DNA from: Candidatus Krumholzibacteriia bacterium
GTDB taxonomy: Bacteria > Krumholzibacteriota > Krumholzibacteriia > LZORAL124-64-63
DNA length: 64,000 nt
Direction of reading: 5' to 3'
Assembly: GCA_046484865.1 (NCBI GenBank)
Contig: JAWOID010000135.1
Coordinates: forward strand, 11,512-75,511
Positions 11,759 to 21,555 of the stretch are shown here, one piece after another. The position numbers were made by a program, and so were the translations under genes. The stretch's first letter is position 1; the number at the start of each line of letters is the position of its first letter. The notes under the pieces were generated by a model, which was not told the origin of the DNA, ran no database searches, and was given only the letters and a program-made list of their open reading frames with translations.

Positions 11759-12472
11759 CTAGAACCGGCCCAGCGAGATCCCCGCCCGCACGAGCAGGTG
11801 GTCCCAATCCCAGTCGTCCTCTCCACGAGCGGTGGGCAAGGCGTCGGTCTCGAACCGGTCCAGCACGTACACCGCCGACACCTCCACGGGCCCGAACTGC
11901 AGACCGACTCCACCGGAGAAGGCCAGTCCGGTCGAGCCCGCCTTGTACGGCCAGTCGCCCTCGACCTCCTCCTCGTAGGTGTGGTGGCTGAGCGCCAGCC
12001 CGAGGGTCAGATACGGCCGCATGACCGCTTCGGGGTCGCCGACGAAGCTCTGCAGATCCACCGAGTAGCGGTAGATGGCCGTCGAGAGCACGTAACCGAG
12101 ATCGCTGCCGGCGGAGCCGAAGTCGGCCACGCCCTTGTCGGCGCCGAAGTCCACGTAGTGGAAGGCGGGCGAGACGGCCAGCCACGGCGCGAGGAAGTAA
12201 CGATAGCGCGCCCCGAGCTCGAAGCCGCTCTCCTGCGAGAGCCCCTGGCTGGTGGTGAAGTAGTCGTCGGACAGGTCGCCGTAAGGGATCGCCAGCGCGC
12301 CCTCGAACAGGAACTGATGCTGAAGCGGTCCATGGCGATACTGGTGAACGACGGTCCGAGCCGGGCGGCGGGGATACTGCGCCTCGGCCACCGCGACACC
12401 CTCGGTGACACCCCAGGCGAGCAGAGCGAGCCCCATCATCCATCCCGCCGTCGCGGGCCCGATGTTCCTCAT
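11759..12472 (-). CDS. Outer-membrane beta-barrel protein
   Basis: Signal peptide, alternating beta-strand pattern, C-terminal Phe (RAGISLGRF). AGGAGG RBS before ATG 12472. Confidence 0.75.
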   Translation of the reverse strand: MRNIGPATAGWMMGLALLAWGVTEGVAVAEAQYPRRPARTVVHQYRHGPLQHQFLFEGALAIPYGDLSDDYFTTSQGLSQESGFELGARYRYFLAPWLAVSPAFHYVDFGADKGVADFGSAGSDLGYVLSTAIYRYSVDLQSFVGDPEAVMRPYLTLGLALSHHTYEEEVEGDWPYKAGSTGLAFSGGVGLQFGPVEVSAVYVLDRFETDALPTARGEDDWDWDHLLVRAGISLGRF

Positions 12473-12762
12473 GGCAGTTCCTCCTGTCGCGCCGGCCGGC
12501 GCGGCGGCATCCGGATGCCCTGCAGCCACCGTGTGCAGAAGCGCTGATCGACCTTGCACGAACGGTGCCTGCGGCAAGCTGCGACCCGGAATTTCGTTCC
12601 TTCGCGCTCCAGACATACTCAGGAACAGGTTAGGCGGTTCCCGATCCGAAAGCGAGCCCGGCTACCCCGATCAGGGCCGTCCCCGCGGGAGACAGTGTGC
12701 AGCCCCGGGCGGACAGCTGGACAGTTCGGGGTGAAGCGGAGAGAAGAGCAGGCGAGAAGCGC

Positions 12763-15429
12763 TCAGATTCTTTGCAGACCGTAGCGCTTGAGCAGGCGAT
12801 AGATGGTGGCGCGGCCGATGCCCAGCCTTTGGGCGGCCCGGGTGCGGTTACCGTCGCAGTCCTCCAGCGCCATCACCAGTTCTCCGCGGGTCACGGCCGC
12901 CTGGCCGCCGGTTCGCCTGGCAGACCCACCGGTCGCGACGCTGGCGGTCGCGGTGCGGGCGCCCGGCCCGGAGAGCACGACCGCGTCCGGCGGCCTTCCG
13001 AGTTCCACCGCCACCTTTCCTTCGCCCGACAGTCCGATCTGCGCCCGGCGCGCCACTGTGGCCACCTCGCGGGCATTGCCGGGCCACGGGTACTGCTTGA
13101 TCAGCCGCAGGCTCGCATGGTTGAAGTACTCGGCAGCTCGCACCGCGCGACCCGCACCGAGCGAGAGAAAGTACTCGAGCAGAGGCACGATGTCCTCGCG
13201 CCGCTCGGACAGGGGCGGAACGTCGATCTCCAGGATGCGCAACCGGTAGTAGAGGTCCGACCGGAAGCGCCCCTCCTCCACCAGCCGCCGCAGGGGGGCG
13301 TTGGTGGCGGCGATGAGCCGGATGTCCGCGTGGCGGTCCTCCGGACTCCCGAGCGCCTGGTAGGTGCCGTACTGAAGCAAGCGCAGCAGCTTGACCTGGG
13401 TTTCCGGCGCCATCTCCCCGATCTCGTCCAGGAATAGCGTGCCGCCGTTGGCCAGCGCGGCATAGCCCGGCTGATCGCGATCGGCACCGCTGAACGCGCC
13501 CTTCACGTGCCCGAAGAACTCGCGCTCGAACATCGTCTGGGGGATGGCCGCGGCGTTCACGGCCACGAAGGGTCGATCCTTGCGCAGGCTGCTGGCGTGG
13601 ACGCGTCGCGCCACCAGTTCCTTCCCCACGCCGGTGGCGCCGGTGATGAGGACCGCCTCGTCGTAGGGCGCGAACGCGTCGCACAGGTGGAGCACCTCCT
13701 TCATCGCCGGCGACACGGCGATGATGACCTGCTGCTCCTCGTCTCCGCGCCGCGACTCCTTGAGTCGTCGCAACTCCTCCACGCGACGCCGAGCGATCGT
13801 CGCGAGCAGCCGCTGTGCGCGCGCCGTCCAGTAGGTGACACCCACCCTCTGGCACAGATGCTCGGCGGTCACGGCGTGTTGCCAGCCGCGATCGAGATGC
13901 TGCAGCGCCTCGGCGTGGCCGACGTCGATCTCGCTGGGCCGCGTCCATTCCCCTGTCCGCGCACTGCCCGCCGCTACCGCCGGCCGGTCGCTCCCGGGAG
14001 CGCGCAGGTCGGCCCCGGGGCCGGCCCCGGCCCCTGCCCCGGCCCTGGCGCCGGCCCCGGCCCCCGCGCCGGCGACTGCCGCCAGGGCACGCAAGTTCCC
14101 CTCGGCCGCCCGCGCATCGCGCACCTCTCCGCGCGCCGTCTCGAAGGCGATCTCCGCCGCCGCCAGGTGCGCCACCGCCAGTTCGTGTCGAGCATCGATG
14201 GCTGTCAGCAACGAGATTCCTTCGTCCACATAGCGTCGCGCCGCCAGGAGATCGCCGAGCGCCCGCGCAGCCTCAGCCAGGCAACGCAGCGTCACGCCCT
14301 CCTCGAACCGATCCCCGATCTTCTTCGCCCTCGCCCGCGCGTCCTGCATCGGCTCCAGCGCCTTCTTCACCGCCCCGCCGAGCATCAAACACTCGCCCTC
14401 GCGACGCATGAGCTCCATGACCAGATCGCCGTCGGGCGCGATGTTCCGCGCAATGGCCATGCCCCGTGCGTAATATCGTCGCGCCTCCTCCGGCCGCTCC
14501 TCATCGCGGTAGACGTCCCCGAGGAACTCGAGCGCCAGGCACTCCTCACGCTGAATCTTGAGCTCCGTCGCCTCGGTGTACGCCCGCATGAGGTACTTTC
14601 GAGCCTCCTCGAACTCCCGCATGAGGCGGTGCACGTTGCCGAGGGCGATGTGGGTATTGCAGAGTTCAATATCGGATTCCACCCTCGAGTAAGCTCGTAC
14701 GGCCGATAACAGGCTATCGCGGGCCGATGCCAATTTCCCTGCCTTATAGAAAACCACACCGAGGTTAAGCCGTGTATGCCCGATCCGCCGTGGGCCGCCT
14801 ATCTGCTCGGCCATTGCTGCGGCTCTCCGAAACCACAGTTCGCTCGGTCCATATTTTGCAATTGCTAAATACACACGTCCCAAATGGTTTGCCGCCTCGC
14901 AGGCCTCGATTTCTCGGCCAACCAAGCGGTTAATCGCGTAGGAGGCCTCAGAATCGCACATTGCTTGTTCTGTATGGCCGGACCCATAGGTCGCTAAGGA
15001 CCGAAGGTATAGATAATCGGCTATCTTTGAGTCAAGTGGATCAAGCAAACGGGAAATATAATCTGTACTTACGTCAGCTACGTAACTGTAACGTTCGAGA
15101 AGCAACTCGGAGCGTAGACGCGGCACCATGAAATCGATGTCCTCGACATCGATATGCCGTGCCGCGGCGAGACGATCTAGGTAGTCAATACAACGCGTAG
15201 GATCGCCCGAGCGAGACATCGCGGAGGCGCGCAAAAGAACGGCGTCTCTGCGCGTCCAGCGCGAAACTAATCGCTCGTTACATGTGTCAGGGATCAGATC
15301 AATCGATTTGATTACCTGATCGTACTGCTCATAACAATATGACTCCCAAGCCGAATCGTAAACGGAAGAAGGAATCGGCCTTCTCTGCCATTCATATGCT
15401 GCTTGGCCGATATCGTTCTGGGAGTTCAT
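12763..15429 (-). CDS. Sigma-54-dependent activator (bEBP) with N-terminal TPR array and C-terminal Fis HTH
   Basis: Walker A GATGVGKE, GAFSGA loop, Walker B LFLDEIGE, WPGNARE and NRTRAAQRLGIGRATIY. TPR-like repeats (NHLGRVY, NLGVVFY, ALGNVH, FLGDVY). Confidence 0.93.
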   Translation of the reverse strand: MNSQNDIGQAAYEWQRRPIPSSVYDSAWESYCYEQYDQVIKSIDLIPDTCNERLVSRWTRRDAVLLRASAMSRSGDPTRCIDYLDRLAAARHIDVEDIDFMVPRLRSELLLERYSYVADVSTDYISRLLDPLDSKIADYLYLRSLATYGSGHTEQAMCDSEASYAINRLVGREIEACEAANHLGRVYLAIAKYGPSELWFRRAAAMAEQIGGPRRIGHTRLNLGVVFYKAGKLASARDSLLSAVRAYSRVESDIELCNTHIALGNVHRLMREFEEARKYLMRAYTEATELKIQREECLALEFLGDVYRDEERPEEARRYYARGMAIARNIAPDGDLVMELMRREGECLMLGGAVKKALEPMQDARARAKKIGDRFEEGVTLRCLAEAARALGDLLAARRYVDEGISLLTAIDARHELAVAHLAAAEIAFETARGEVRDARAAEGNLRALAAVAGAGAGAGARAGAGAGAGPGADLRAPGSDRPAVAAGSARTGEWTRPSEIDVGHAEALQHLDRGWQHAVTAEHLCQRVGVTYWTARAQRLLATIARRRVEELRRLKESRRGDEEQQVIIAVSPAMKEVLHLCDAFAPYDEAVLITGATGVGKELVARRVHASSLRKDRPFVAVNAAAIPQTMFEREFFGHVKGAFSGADRDQPGYAALANGGTLFLDEIGEMAPETQVKLLRLLQYGTYQALGSPEDRHADIRLIAATNAPLRRLVEEGRFRSDLYYRLRILEIDVPPLSERREDIVPLLEYFLSLGAGRAVRAAEYFNHASLRLIKQYPWPGNAREVATVARRAQIGLSGEGKVAVELGRPPDAVVLSGPGARTATASVATGGSARRTGGQAAVTRGELVMALEDCDGNRTRAAQRLGIGRATIYRLLKRYGLQRI

Positions 15430-15776
15430 CGAGACCTCAACGTATAGATGTCAGCTTTGCCAAGCGGCACGACACGCAGTCTACCGCCAAAGCATGTCCA
15501 TTCGATGGAAACGGAGAGCAGATTCCCGCTAACTGCAATAAACACACCCTTAGAAACTAGACTGGAAGCCTTGTACGATACTGCTGAACCGTCCTCAACG
15601 GGCGCAGCCGCCGGACTCCGGTTTCCGCCCCCTGGATCCCCCGGAATCGGCCCGGTTTCGTTCATCACCTGCGGCAGCCGCGAATGGGCTGGACCGACCG
15701 GGAGGACGACCAAGCACGCACAGGCGAGGAGGGAGGCGGCGCCCAAGCGGCGCGCCCAGATTGGTGGGAGGCACAT
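15426..15776 (-). CDS. Small putative secreted peptide/protein translationally coupled to the TPR-bEBP
   Basis: Signal-peptide-like N-terminus (RRLGAASLLACACLVVLPVGPAHS). Its stop overlaps the bEBP start (ATGA at 15426-15429). Confidence 0.55.
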   Translation of the reverse strand: MCLPPIWARRLGAASLLACACLVVLPVGPAHSRLPQVMNETGPIPGDPGGGNRSPAAAPVEDGSAVSYKASSLVSKGVFIAVSGNLLSVSIEWTCFGGRLRVVPLGKADIYTLRSR

Positions 15777-15960
15777 TTTCTTATCCCCCGAAACCCCACA
15801 GGGATATTGCGATATCCTTCACGACTATTTGTATCACAAGATCCGATTTGAAGCAACAGATAAGTGATAGATCCGCATAATTTGTTCTTTCAGACGCTCG
15901 CGGGTGCGAGTTGCAGGCCTCCGGACACCCGGGTGCCAGAGGGCTACCCGGGCACACCTC

Positions 15961-16136
15961 CAAGGCTCCGGGGGAAATGGGGTGCGAGGCTCCGAGTACC
16001 CGGGTACCCGCGGCAAGGCTCCCAAGGCTCCGGGGGGGGGGAATTGGTGCGAGGCTCCGAACACCCGGGTACCCGCGGCAAAGGCTCCGGGGGGGAACGG
16101 GTGCGAGGTTCCGAGTACCCGGGTACCCGGGTACTC
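15961..16136. repeat. About 60-bp imperfect tandem repeat x3 ending in a perfect 24-bp palindrome
   Basis: Units AAGGCTCCGGGGG..GGTGCGAGGCTCCGAGTACCCGGGTACCCG near 15961, 16023 and 16081. GAGTACCCGGGTACCCGGGTACTC at 16113-16136 is self-complementary. Confidence 0.85.
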
Positions 16137-16231
16137 AGCTCAGGTGCAACGATCGCCGCGCACGCGGTGTCGGGTACCGGCGCGGGGCACCCCCGTGTCC
16201 GGGTGCAGTGATTCGCGGCACCTGGCCAACA

Positions 16232-17710
16232 TCATGCCTGTGCGCTCGCCTCGAAATCGGGATCCAGATCGGGATCCAGATCCGGATCCAGATCCGGGTC
16301 GAGGTCCGGGTTGAAGTCCGGGTCGAGGTCCGGATCCAGGGGCGAGAAGCCCCGGCGCTCCGGGTCCAGGTCCATGGCCTGATGACGAGCCTGGAGGCGA
16401 CGCATTTCGGGTTCGAAGAAGAACTCGTCGGCAAAGGCGGGGCGCAGGTCCGAGAGCCAGGTTGCGGCGGGGTCGAGGCGCGCGAAGAACGGGCGCCCCA
16501 CCCAGTCGGGGTTGCGGGCCTGCTCGAACTCGAGGACGAAGACGTCCTGGCCGTTCATCTCGGCTGCGCCGCGGACCACCACCTTGCCGGGATTGGCCGA
16601 CATCGAGGGGCCGCGAGCGGTACGGGCGAGGCCGGTGACCTGGCTGTGAGCATCGCGGTAGATCTCGGCGGCCTCGAGCAGGGGGACCTCGAAGTAATGC
16701 GTGGGGCCGGTGTTGCGCTCTATGAACATGTAATACGGGACGCATCCGAGCTGGACCTCGCGAGTCCACAGTCCGGCCCAGGTCTCGGCGCTGGCGTTGA
16801 CGTGCCGCACCAGAGGAGCTTGGCAGCGGATCACGGCGCCGGTCTCGCGGATACGGCGCACGGCCTCCTCCACCACCGGCGTGGACAGTTCCCGAGGGTG
16901 CGAGACGTGGGCCATGAAAGCGAGGCGGCGGCCGCTCTTGCGCACCCTCTCGAAGAGACGCAGGATGTCGTCGCTGTCCCGGTCGCCAGCGTAGCGGTAA
17001 GGCCACCAGGTCAGCGATTTGGTGCCGATGCGGATGTTGCGCAGATGCCGCAGTTCAGGGACGAGCAGCGGCTCGATGATGTCACGCAGCAGGCGGGCAC
17101 TCATGATCATGGGGTCGCCGCCGGTGATCAGGACGTCGCTGACCTCCGGATGGCGGGCCAGGTAGGCGACGAGGTCGTCCACTCCGCTGCTGGCGATCTT
17201 CAGCTTGTCATCGCCCACGAACTGAGGCCAGCGGAAGCAGTAGGTGCAGTACGTGTGGCAGGTCTGACCGCGACGCGGGAAGAACAGCACGGTCTCGCGA
17301 TACTTGTGCTGCAGTCCAGGCAGCGGCCGGCCGTCCAGGCGGGGCACGTTCAGATCCACCTGGCCGGCTGGGTGGGGGTTCAGGCGCATGCGGATGTCCT
17401 GCACGGCCTGGTCCACCTGCGCGCGCGGAGCGCCGCGGCGCTTGAGCTCGTACAACGCTCGAAAGTCGCTATCCGCCAGCATCTCCGACTGCGGGAAGAC
17501 CAGACGGAAGATCGGATCATTGCGCCAGCTGTCCCAGTCGACCAGTTCGCTCAGCACGTATTCGTTGACACGGAACGGGAACACCTCGGCCACGGTCTCG
17601 ATCGTGCGACGCTCCCAGCTCGGCAGATTCCGCATCTGCGGAATCGTGTCGAGATCGCGGGCGCCGTGGAGCTTCAGGCGACGGGATTCGAATCGGGCAT
17701 TCCGATACAT
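16232..17710 (-). CDS. KamA-family radical SAM protein (lysine 2,3-aminomutase-like)
   Basis: GLQHKYRETVL, CHTYCTYCFR (CxxxCxxC), DVLITGGDPMIM, IRIGTK and HVSHPREL. ATG 17710. Acidic (DPDL)n tail. Confidence 0.9.
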   Translation of the reverse strand: MYRNARFESRRLKLHGARDLDTIPQMRNLPSWERRTIETVAEVFPFRVNEYVLSELVDWDSWRNDPIFRLVFPQSEMLADSDFRALYELKRRGAPRAQVDQAVQDIRMRLNPHPAGQVDLNVPRLDGRPLPGLQHKYRETVLFFPRRGQTCHTYCTYCFRWPQFVGDDKLKIASSGVDDLVAYLARHPEVSDVLITGGDPMIMSARLLRDIIEPLLVPELRHLRNIRIGTKSLTWWPYRYAGDRDSDDILRLFERVRKSGRRLAFMAHVSHPRELSTPVVEEAVRRIRETGAVIRCQAPLVRHVNASAETWAGLWTREVQLGCVPYYMFIERNTGPTHYFEVPLLEAAEIYRDAHSQVTGLARTARGPSMSANPGKVVVRGAAEMNGQDVFVLEFEQARNPDWVGRPFFARLDPAATWLSDLRPAFADEFFFEPEMRRLQARHQAMDLDPERRGFSPLDPDLDPDFNPDLDPDLDPDLDPDLDPDFEASAQA

Positions 17711-18223
17711 GGAAGTCCTTCCGACGCGCCGTGGTGGCGGTTGCAGGCGAGCAGGCGACGCACGGCGGTGAGACGGGCAGGCCGGTGGCGACACCGCCCA
17801 GGAGGCAGGAGGAGGCAGAACCCTAGTCGCTGGACGCCCCGTTCAGAAGGGCCATGGCACAGCCACCCCGGACCGGCATGCTCTCACGAGATCGTTGCTG
17901 TACTAACTATATCAGAGAATCGAGGTTCCGTAAACCTGGGATGTCGCGGCGGCCGTGCGGGCACGCCGCGCAGCGTCGGCGCAAGCTGTTCATATTCCGT
18001 CGATAGAACGCCGTGACGCGCAATTCCAGGGCCCCGACCGTCGCCTGCAAGGAGTATGCGAGAGGATCCTCCGCCGAGGCTCGCGGGCCGCGACAAGGAT
18101 CGGCGACGACCTGGGGCAGGGCGGTCGACGCTACGTGGTCACCGGTTACGACGTGGACGACCTGCAGCAGGTCCCGGACGGCCACACGGTCGAAGTCTTC
18201 GTCACGGCCGTCCCGCCGACGAG

Positions 18224-20098
18224 CTAGTTGCCGTTCTGCTGCTCCGTCGACGACAGGATCCAGTCCGCCACCAGATCGAGCACGGCGGGGCTCATCGTCT
18301 CGTCGATATTGGCGTACTCCAGAACCATGCCGGTGTCGGCCGTCTGGAAGAGATGGTTCAGTCCCGGCATCTTCCTGACCGTGACCTCAGTGTTGCCACC
18401 TGCAGCCAGGGCCGCCGCCACCGCGGCGAGGTTCTCGTCGGCAGGCACCTGCAGGTCCTTCTCGCCGGTGACCGCAAGCACGGGGACGGTGACCTTCTCG
18501 AGCACCGGCCTCGGGTCGTGCGCCAGGAAGAAGCGTATCCAGGGCGTGAGAGATCCGCGCAAGGCCTCGGGCGTAGGCTCGGCGCCCTCGCTGATCGTCA
18601 GGCGCTCGGCCTCGGGAAGCGCAGCCATCACCTCGCGCCAGTGGCGCTGCAGCGTGGCCACGGCCGTGTCCGGATCCGTCTCCGTCATCAGCACCGGCAG
18701 CGTGCGTCGCAGCAGGTCCGCCTGGGCGGCGAGCGCCGACTCGCTGGCTCCCATGGCGCGGGAGTGCAGCTCGCTCTGCGCGAGTATGATCTCGTCGCCG
18801 GGCAGCCCTGGCGCGGCCAGCAGGACCAGGAAGGCCACGGCGCTCGAGCGCGCGGCCACCAGCGGTCCGACGAGGCCGCCCTCGCTATGCCCGAGGATGC
18901 CCGTACACCCACCGGCGACCTCTGGCAGCTGACTCAAGTACTCGAGAGCGGCCAGCGCGTCGGCAGCGAAGTCCTCGGTGGTGGCTGCGGCGAAGTCGCC
19001 GGTGGAGGCGCCGACCCCGCGATCGTCCAGCCTCAGGACCGCGATGCCGCGGCGGGTGAGATGATCCGCCAGCACCAGGAAAGGCCTGTGCCCGAACACG
19101 GTCTCGTCCCGGTCCTGCGGTCCGGATCCGCTGACCAGCAGCACCGCCGGCACTGGTCCCTCCCCTCGCGGCAGCGTGAGTGTACCGGCCAGCTTCACGC
19201 CCTCGTCACCACCGGGCAACGACACCTCGTGCGCCTCGTACGGAAACGGCGGCTGCGGTTCCTGCGGTCGCTGCGCCGTGGTCACCGTTTCGGTGCGTGC
19301 CAGCTCGAGCGGCATCTCGAACCCGTGCTGTCTCAAGATACCGTTGAAAGCTCGCCCGCCGTGGGCGCGCAACCCCTCGTACGAGGCGTCCAGGCTGGCC
19401 GCCGTCCAGCGCAGGGTGTCTCCGGCCAGACTGATGGACGACATCGGGATGTCGGCGGCACCCTGGTCGGGACTCGCCAGGGTGGCCCGGCGCCGCCCTG
19501 AACCGTCCGCCGGTGGTTCCACCTCGAGCACGAGACGCAGCGACATCCCCGTGGGCAATTTGAGATCACCCTGCCACAGCCCCTCCAGCTCGGCGGGGAT
19601 CTCCGGCCCGGCAGCCGCGGCCGACACCGTCGCGTCATCGCGAACCTGCCGCACGAAGGTTGCCGGTAGCCTGCCGGTCTGGATCCAGTGGCCGGTCATC
19701 TGTTCGCCGGTGGCGTCGAGCCGGCCTTCGAAGCGCGCGTTCAGCCGGTGCATCGCGAACGTGACGGTCCGGTCCTTCTTCAGCCGGAATGAATCGATGG
19801 CCAGCCCCGTGGCGCGTTGATCGGGGCTGTCGAGGGTGGCACGCCAGCCCTTTCCGCCCCTGGCAGGCTTCACGTGCAGCACCAGATGCAGCTCGCCGGC
19901 GCCAGGAACATCGAGAGTGGCATGCCAGTCGCCGGTCGGGTCCGGCTCCGCGGCGGCGGCCGGCAGCACGCCGCATGGCGGCGCGAACGCGGCGAACAGC
20001 AGAGCAAGCACACAGACCGCGGTGGCGGACAGGCGCAGGGAGAAGAATTCGACCCGGCAATGACGGTAGAGATCGACCTGTGAACGCACCCGGTACAC
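18224..20098 (-). CDS. Secreted alpha/beta hydrolase (serine aminopeptidase-like) with two N-terminal beta domains
   Basis: SGSGPQDRDE, GHSEGG nucleophile, GEKDLQV, LNHLFQ. Duplicated W.G.L...LDSPDQ N-domains. Start position uncertain. Confidence 0.88.
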   Translation of the reverse strand: MYRVRSQVDLYRHCRVEFFSLRLSATAVCVLALLFAAFAPPCGVLPAAAAEPDPTGDWHATLDVPGAGELHLVLHVKPARGGKGWRATLDSPDQRATGLAIDSFRLKKDRTVTFAMHRLNARFEGRLDATGEQMTGHWIQTGRLPATFVRQVRDDATVSAAAAGPEIPAELEGLWQGDLKLPTGMSLRLVLEVEPPADGSGRRRATLASPDQGAADIPMSSISLAGDTLRWTAASLDASYEGLRAHGGRAFNGILRQHGFEMPLELARTETVTTAQRPQEPQPPFPYEAHEVSLPGGDEGVKLAGTLTLPRGEGPVPAVLLVSGSGPQDRDETVFGHRPFLVLADHLTRRGIAVLRLDDRGVGASTGDFAAATTEDFAADALAALEYLSQLPEVAGGCTGILGHSEGGLVGPLVAARSSAVAFLVLLAAPGLPGDEIILAQSELHSRAMGASESALAAQADLLRRTLPVLMTETDPDTAVATLQRHWREVMAALPEAERLTISEGAEPTPEALRGSLTPWIRFFLAHDPRPVLEKVTVPVLAVTGEKDLQVPADENLAAVAAALAAGGNTEVTVRKMPGLNHLFQTADTGMVLEYANIDETMSPAVLDLVADWILSSTEQQNGN

Positions 20099-20176
20099 CT
20101 CCGCACTGACGACCCCGGCTCCGAGTGACTCTCCGACCGGCTCCCCGTCGACTTTCTCGCCGGCCGGTACTCCAGT

Positions 20177-21337
20177 CTACTCCAGAACAACGGGCGGATG
20201 GTGCACCACCATCTCGTCACCGTCAGTTAGGAAGTAGACCTGCAGGCGGAGACTCCCGTCCGGTTCCACGTCCACCAGGGCGTACTGATTGGTCTCCGTG
20301 TCGAGCATGGCCTCCACCTGTTCGATCTTCCATCGATCCAGGTTCTCGAAGCCGCGCGTCAGGAAGAACCTCTGTTCGTGGCCGGTGATGTCCTGCACCC
20401 GGCGCTCGCTCGCGCCGAACCAGAGGAAGCTGTCGCGCGGCCGCCCCGACACGTTCACCACGTGCAGCATGCGGCCGTCGTCGCGCTCCAGGCGGAAGCG
20501 CTCGTAGGTGTGGGTGTGACCCACCACCACCAGGTCCACGCCGGCGTCGGCGAGCACGTCGGGAAGCCGGCGGCCGGCGATCTTCACGTTCCAGAGACCG
20601 CGCGCGGTCGCCATGTGCTTGCGCGAACTCTGCACGAAGGGGTGGTGCATGGCCACGACGAGGGTGCGATCCGGCGGCACGTCCTCGAGTTGCTCCTGGA
20701 ACCAGTCGAACTGCTGCTGCGCGTAGCTGCCGGGCTCCGGCTGCTCCACGAACCGGGCCCGTCCGTCGGGACCATACGCCAGAACGTTCGTGTCGAGCAC
20801 GATGAACGTGACCGGCCCCACGTCCTTGCGGTAGTACATGCGGTTGGGCCCGAAGTCCTCGTCCAGGCGGGCCAAGAACTTCACGGTATTCTGGATCGCC
20901 TGCGGATACACGTTGTCGTGCACCTCGTGGTTGCCCACCGCCACCAGGTACGGCCAGTCGGAGATCGGCTCGAGGATGCCCTTCAACATGTGCCACTGGT
21001 CGCTGAAGCGACCGTCGTCGACGCAGTCACCCGTGTCCATGACGAAGAGCATGCGGTCGTCGTCGGCGAAGTCGGCGGCAATGGTCTTGATCATGCTCTG
21101 CCACTCGCCGTCGGCCATGGCGCGCTGGTCGCCGAAGACCACGAAACGGAAACCGGCGTCCGGCGGCGGGTCGAGCTCGGCCGCCCGTTCCTCCACCGTG
21201 GGATGGTCGAGGGTCTCCACGGGCTGGTCCGACGTCTCGGGCCAGACGCTCGAACAGCCGGAGACCAGGAGCAGAAGCGGCCAGAGGATCGTCGCGACTG
21301 CGATCCGCCGGCTCCGGCCCTGATGTGTGCGTCCCAT
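20177..21337 (-). CDS. Calcineurin-like metallophosphoesterase, lipoprotein
   Basis: FGDQR, DTGDCVD, VGNHE, MHHP and GHTH motifs. Lipobox LVSGC. ATG 21337. Confidence 0.88.
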   Translation of the reverse strand: MGRTHQGRSRRIAVATILWPLLLLVSGCSSVWPETSDQPVETLDHPTVEERAAELDPPPDAGFRFVVFGDQRAMADGEWQSMIKTIAADFADDDRMLFVMDTGDCVDDGRFSDQWHMLKGILEPISDWPYLVAVGNHEVHDNVYPQAIQNTVKFLARLDEDFGPNRMYYRKDVGPVTFIVLDTNVLAYGPDGRARFVEQPEPGSYAQQQFDWFQEQLEDVPPDRTLVVAMHHPFVQSSRKHMATARGLWNVKIAGRRLPDVLADAGVDLVVVGHTHTYERFRLERDDGRMLHVVNVSGRPRDSFLWFGASERRVQDITGHEQRFFLTRGFENLDRWKIEQVEAMLDTETNQYALVDVEPDGSLRLQVYFLTDGDEMVVHHPPVVLE

Positions 21338-21555
21338 GATCGTCCCTTCGCGCAGAAAAGCCGCCCCCCGGGTCCCCGCCGGCCTCACGCGGCCACCCGG
21401 GCGCCGGAGCGCATCGGTTCTCAAGGTAGAAACGCTCCGGACCTGCGCCACCATGGCCAGGGTCGCCGCTCTGGTGCAACCCGGCGTGCGGTCGCTCGTA
21501 TGGTCCCAGAGCGACGATCCGCACCCTGGCCAGCCCGCCAACCGCGAGGACTTCC

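Noticed and set aside
15961..16136. Mini CRISPR array
   Set aside because: Units are contiguous and degenerate, with no unique spacers.
17955..18227. Small + strand ORF between the KamA-like gene and the hydrolase
   Set aside because: Only the last ~35 codons look protein-like. No clear start or homology.
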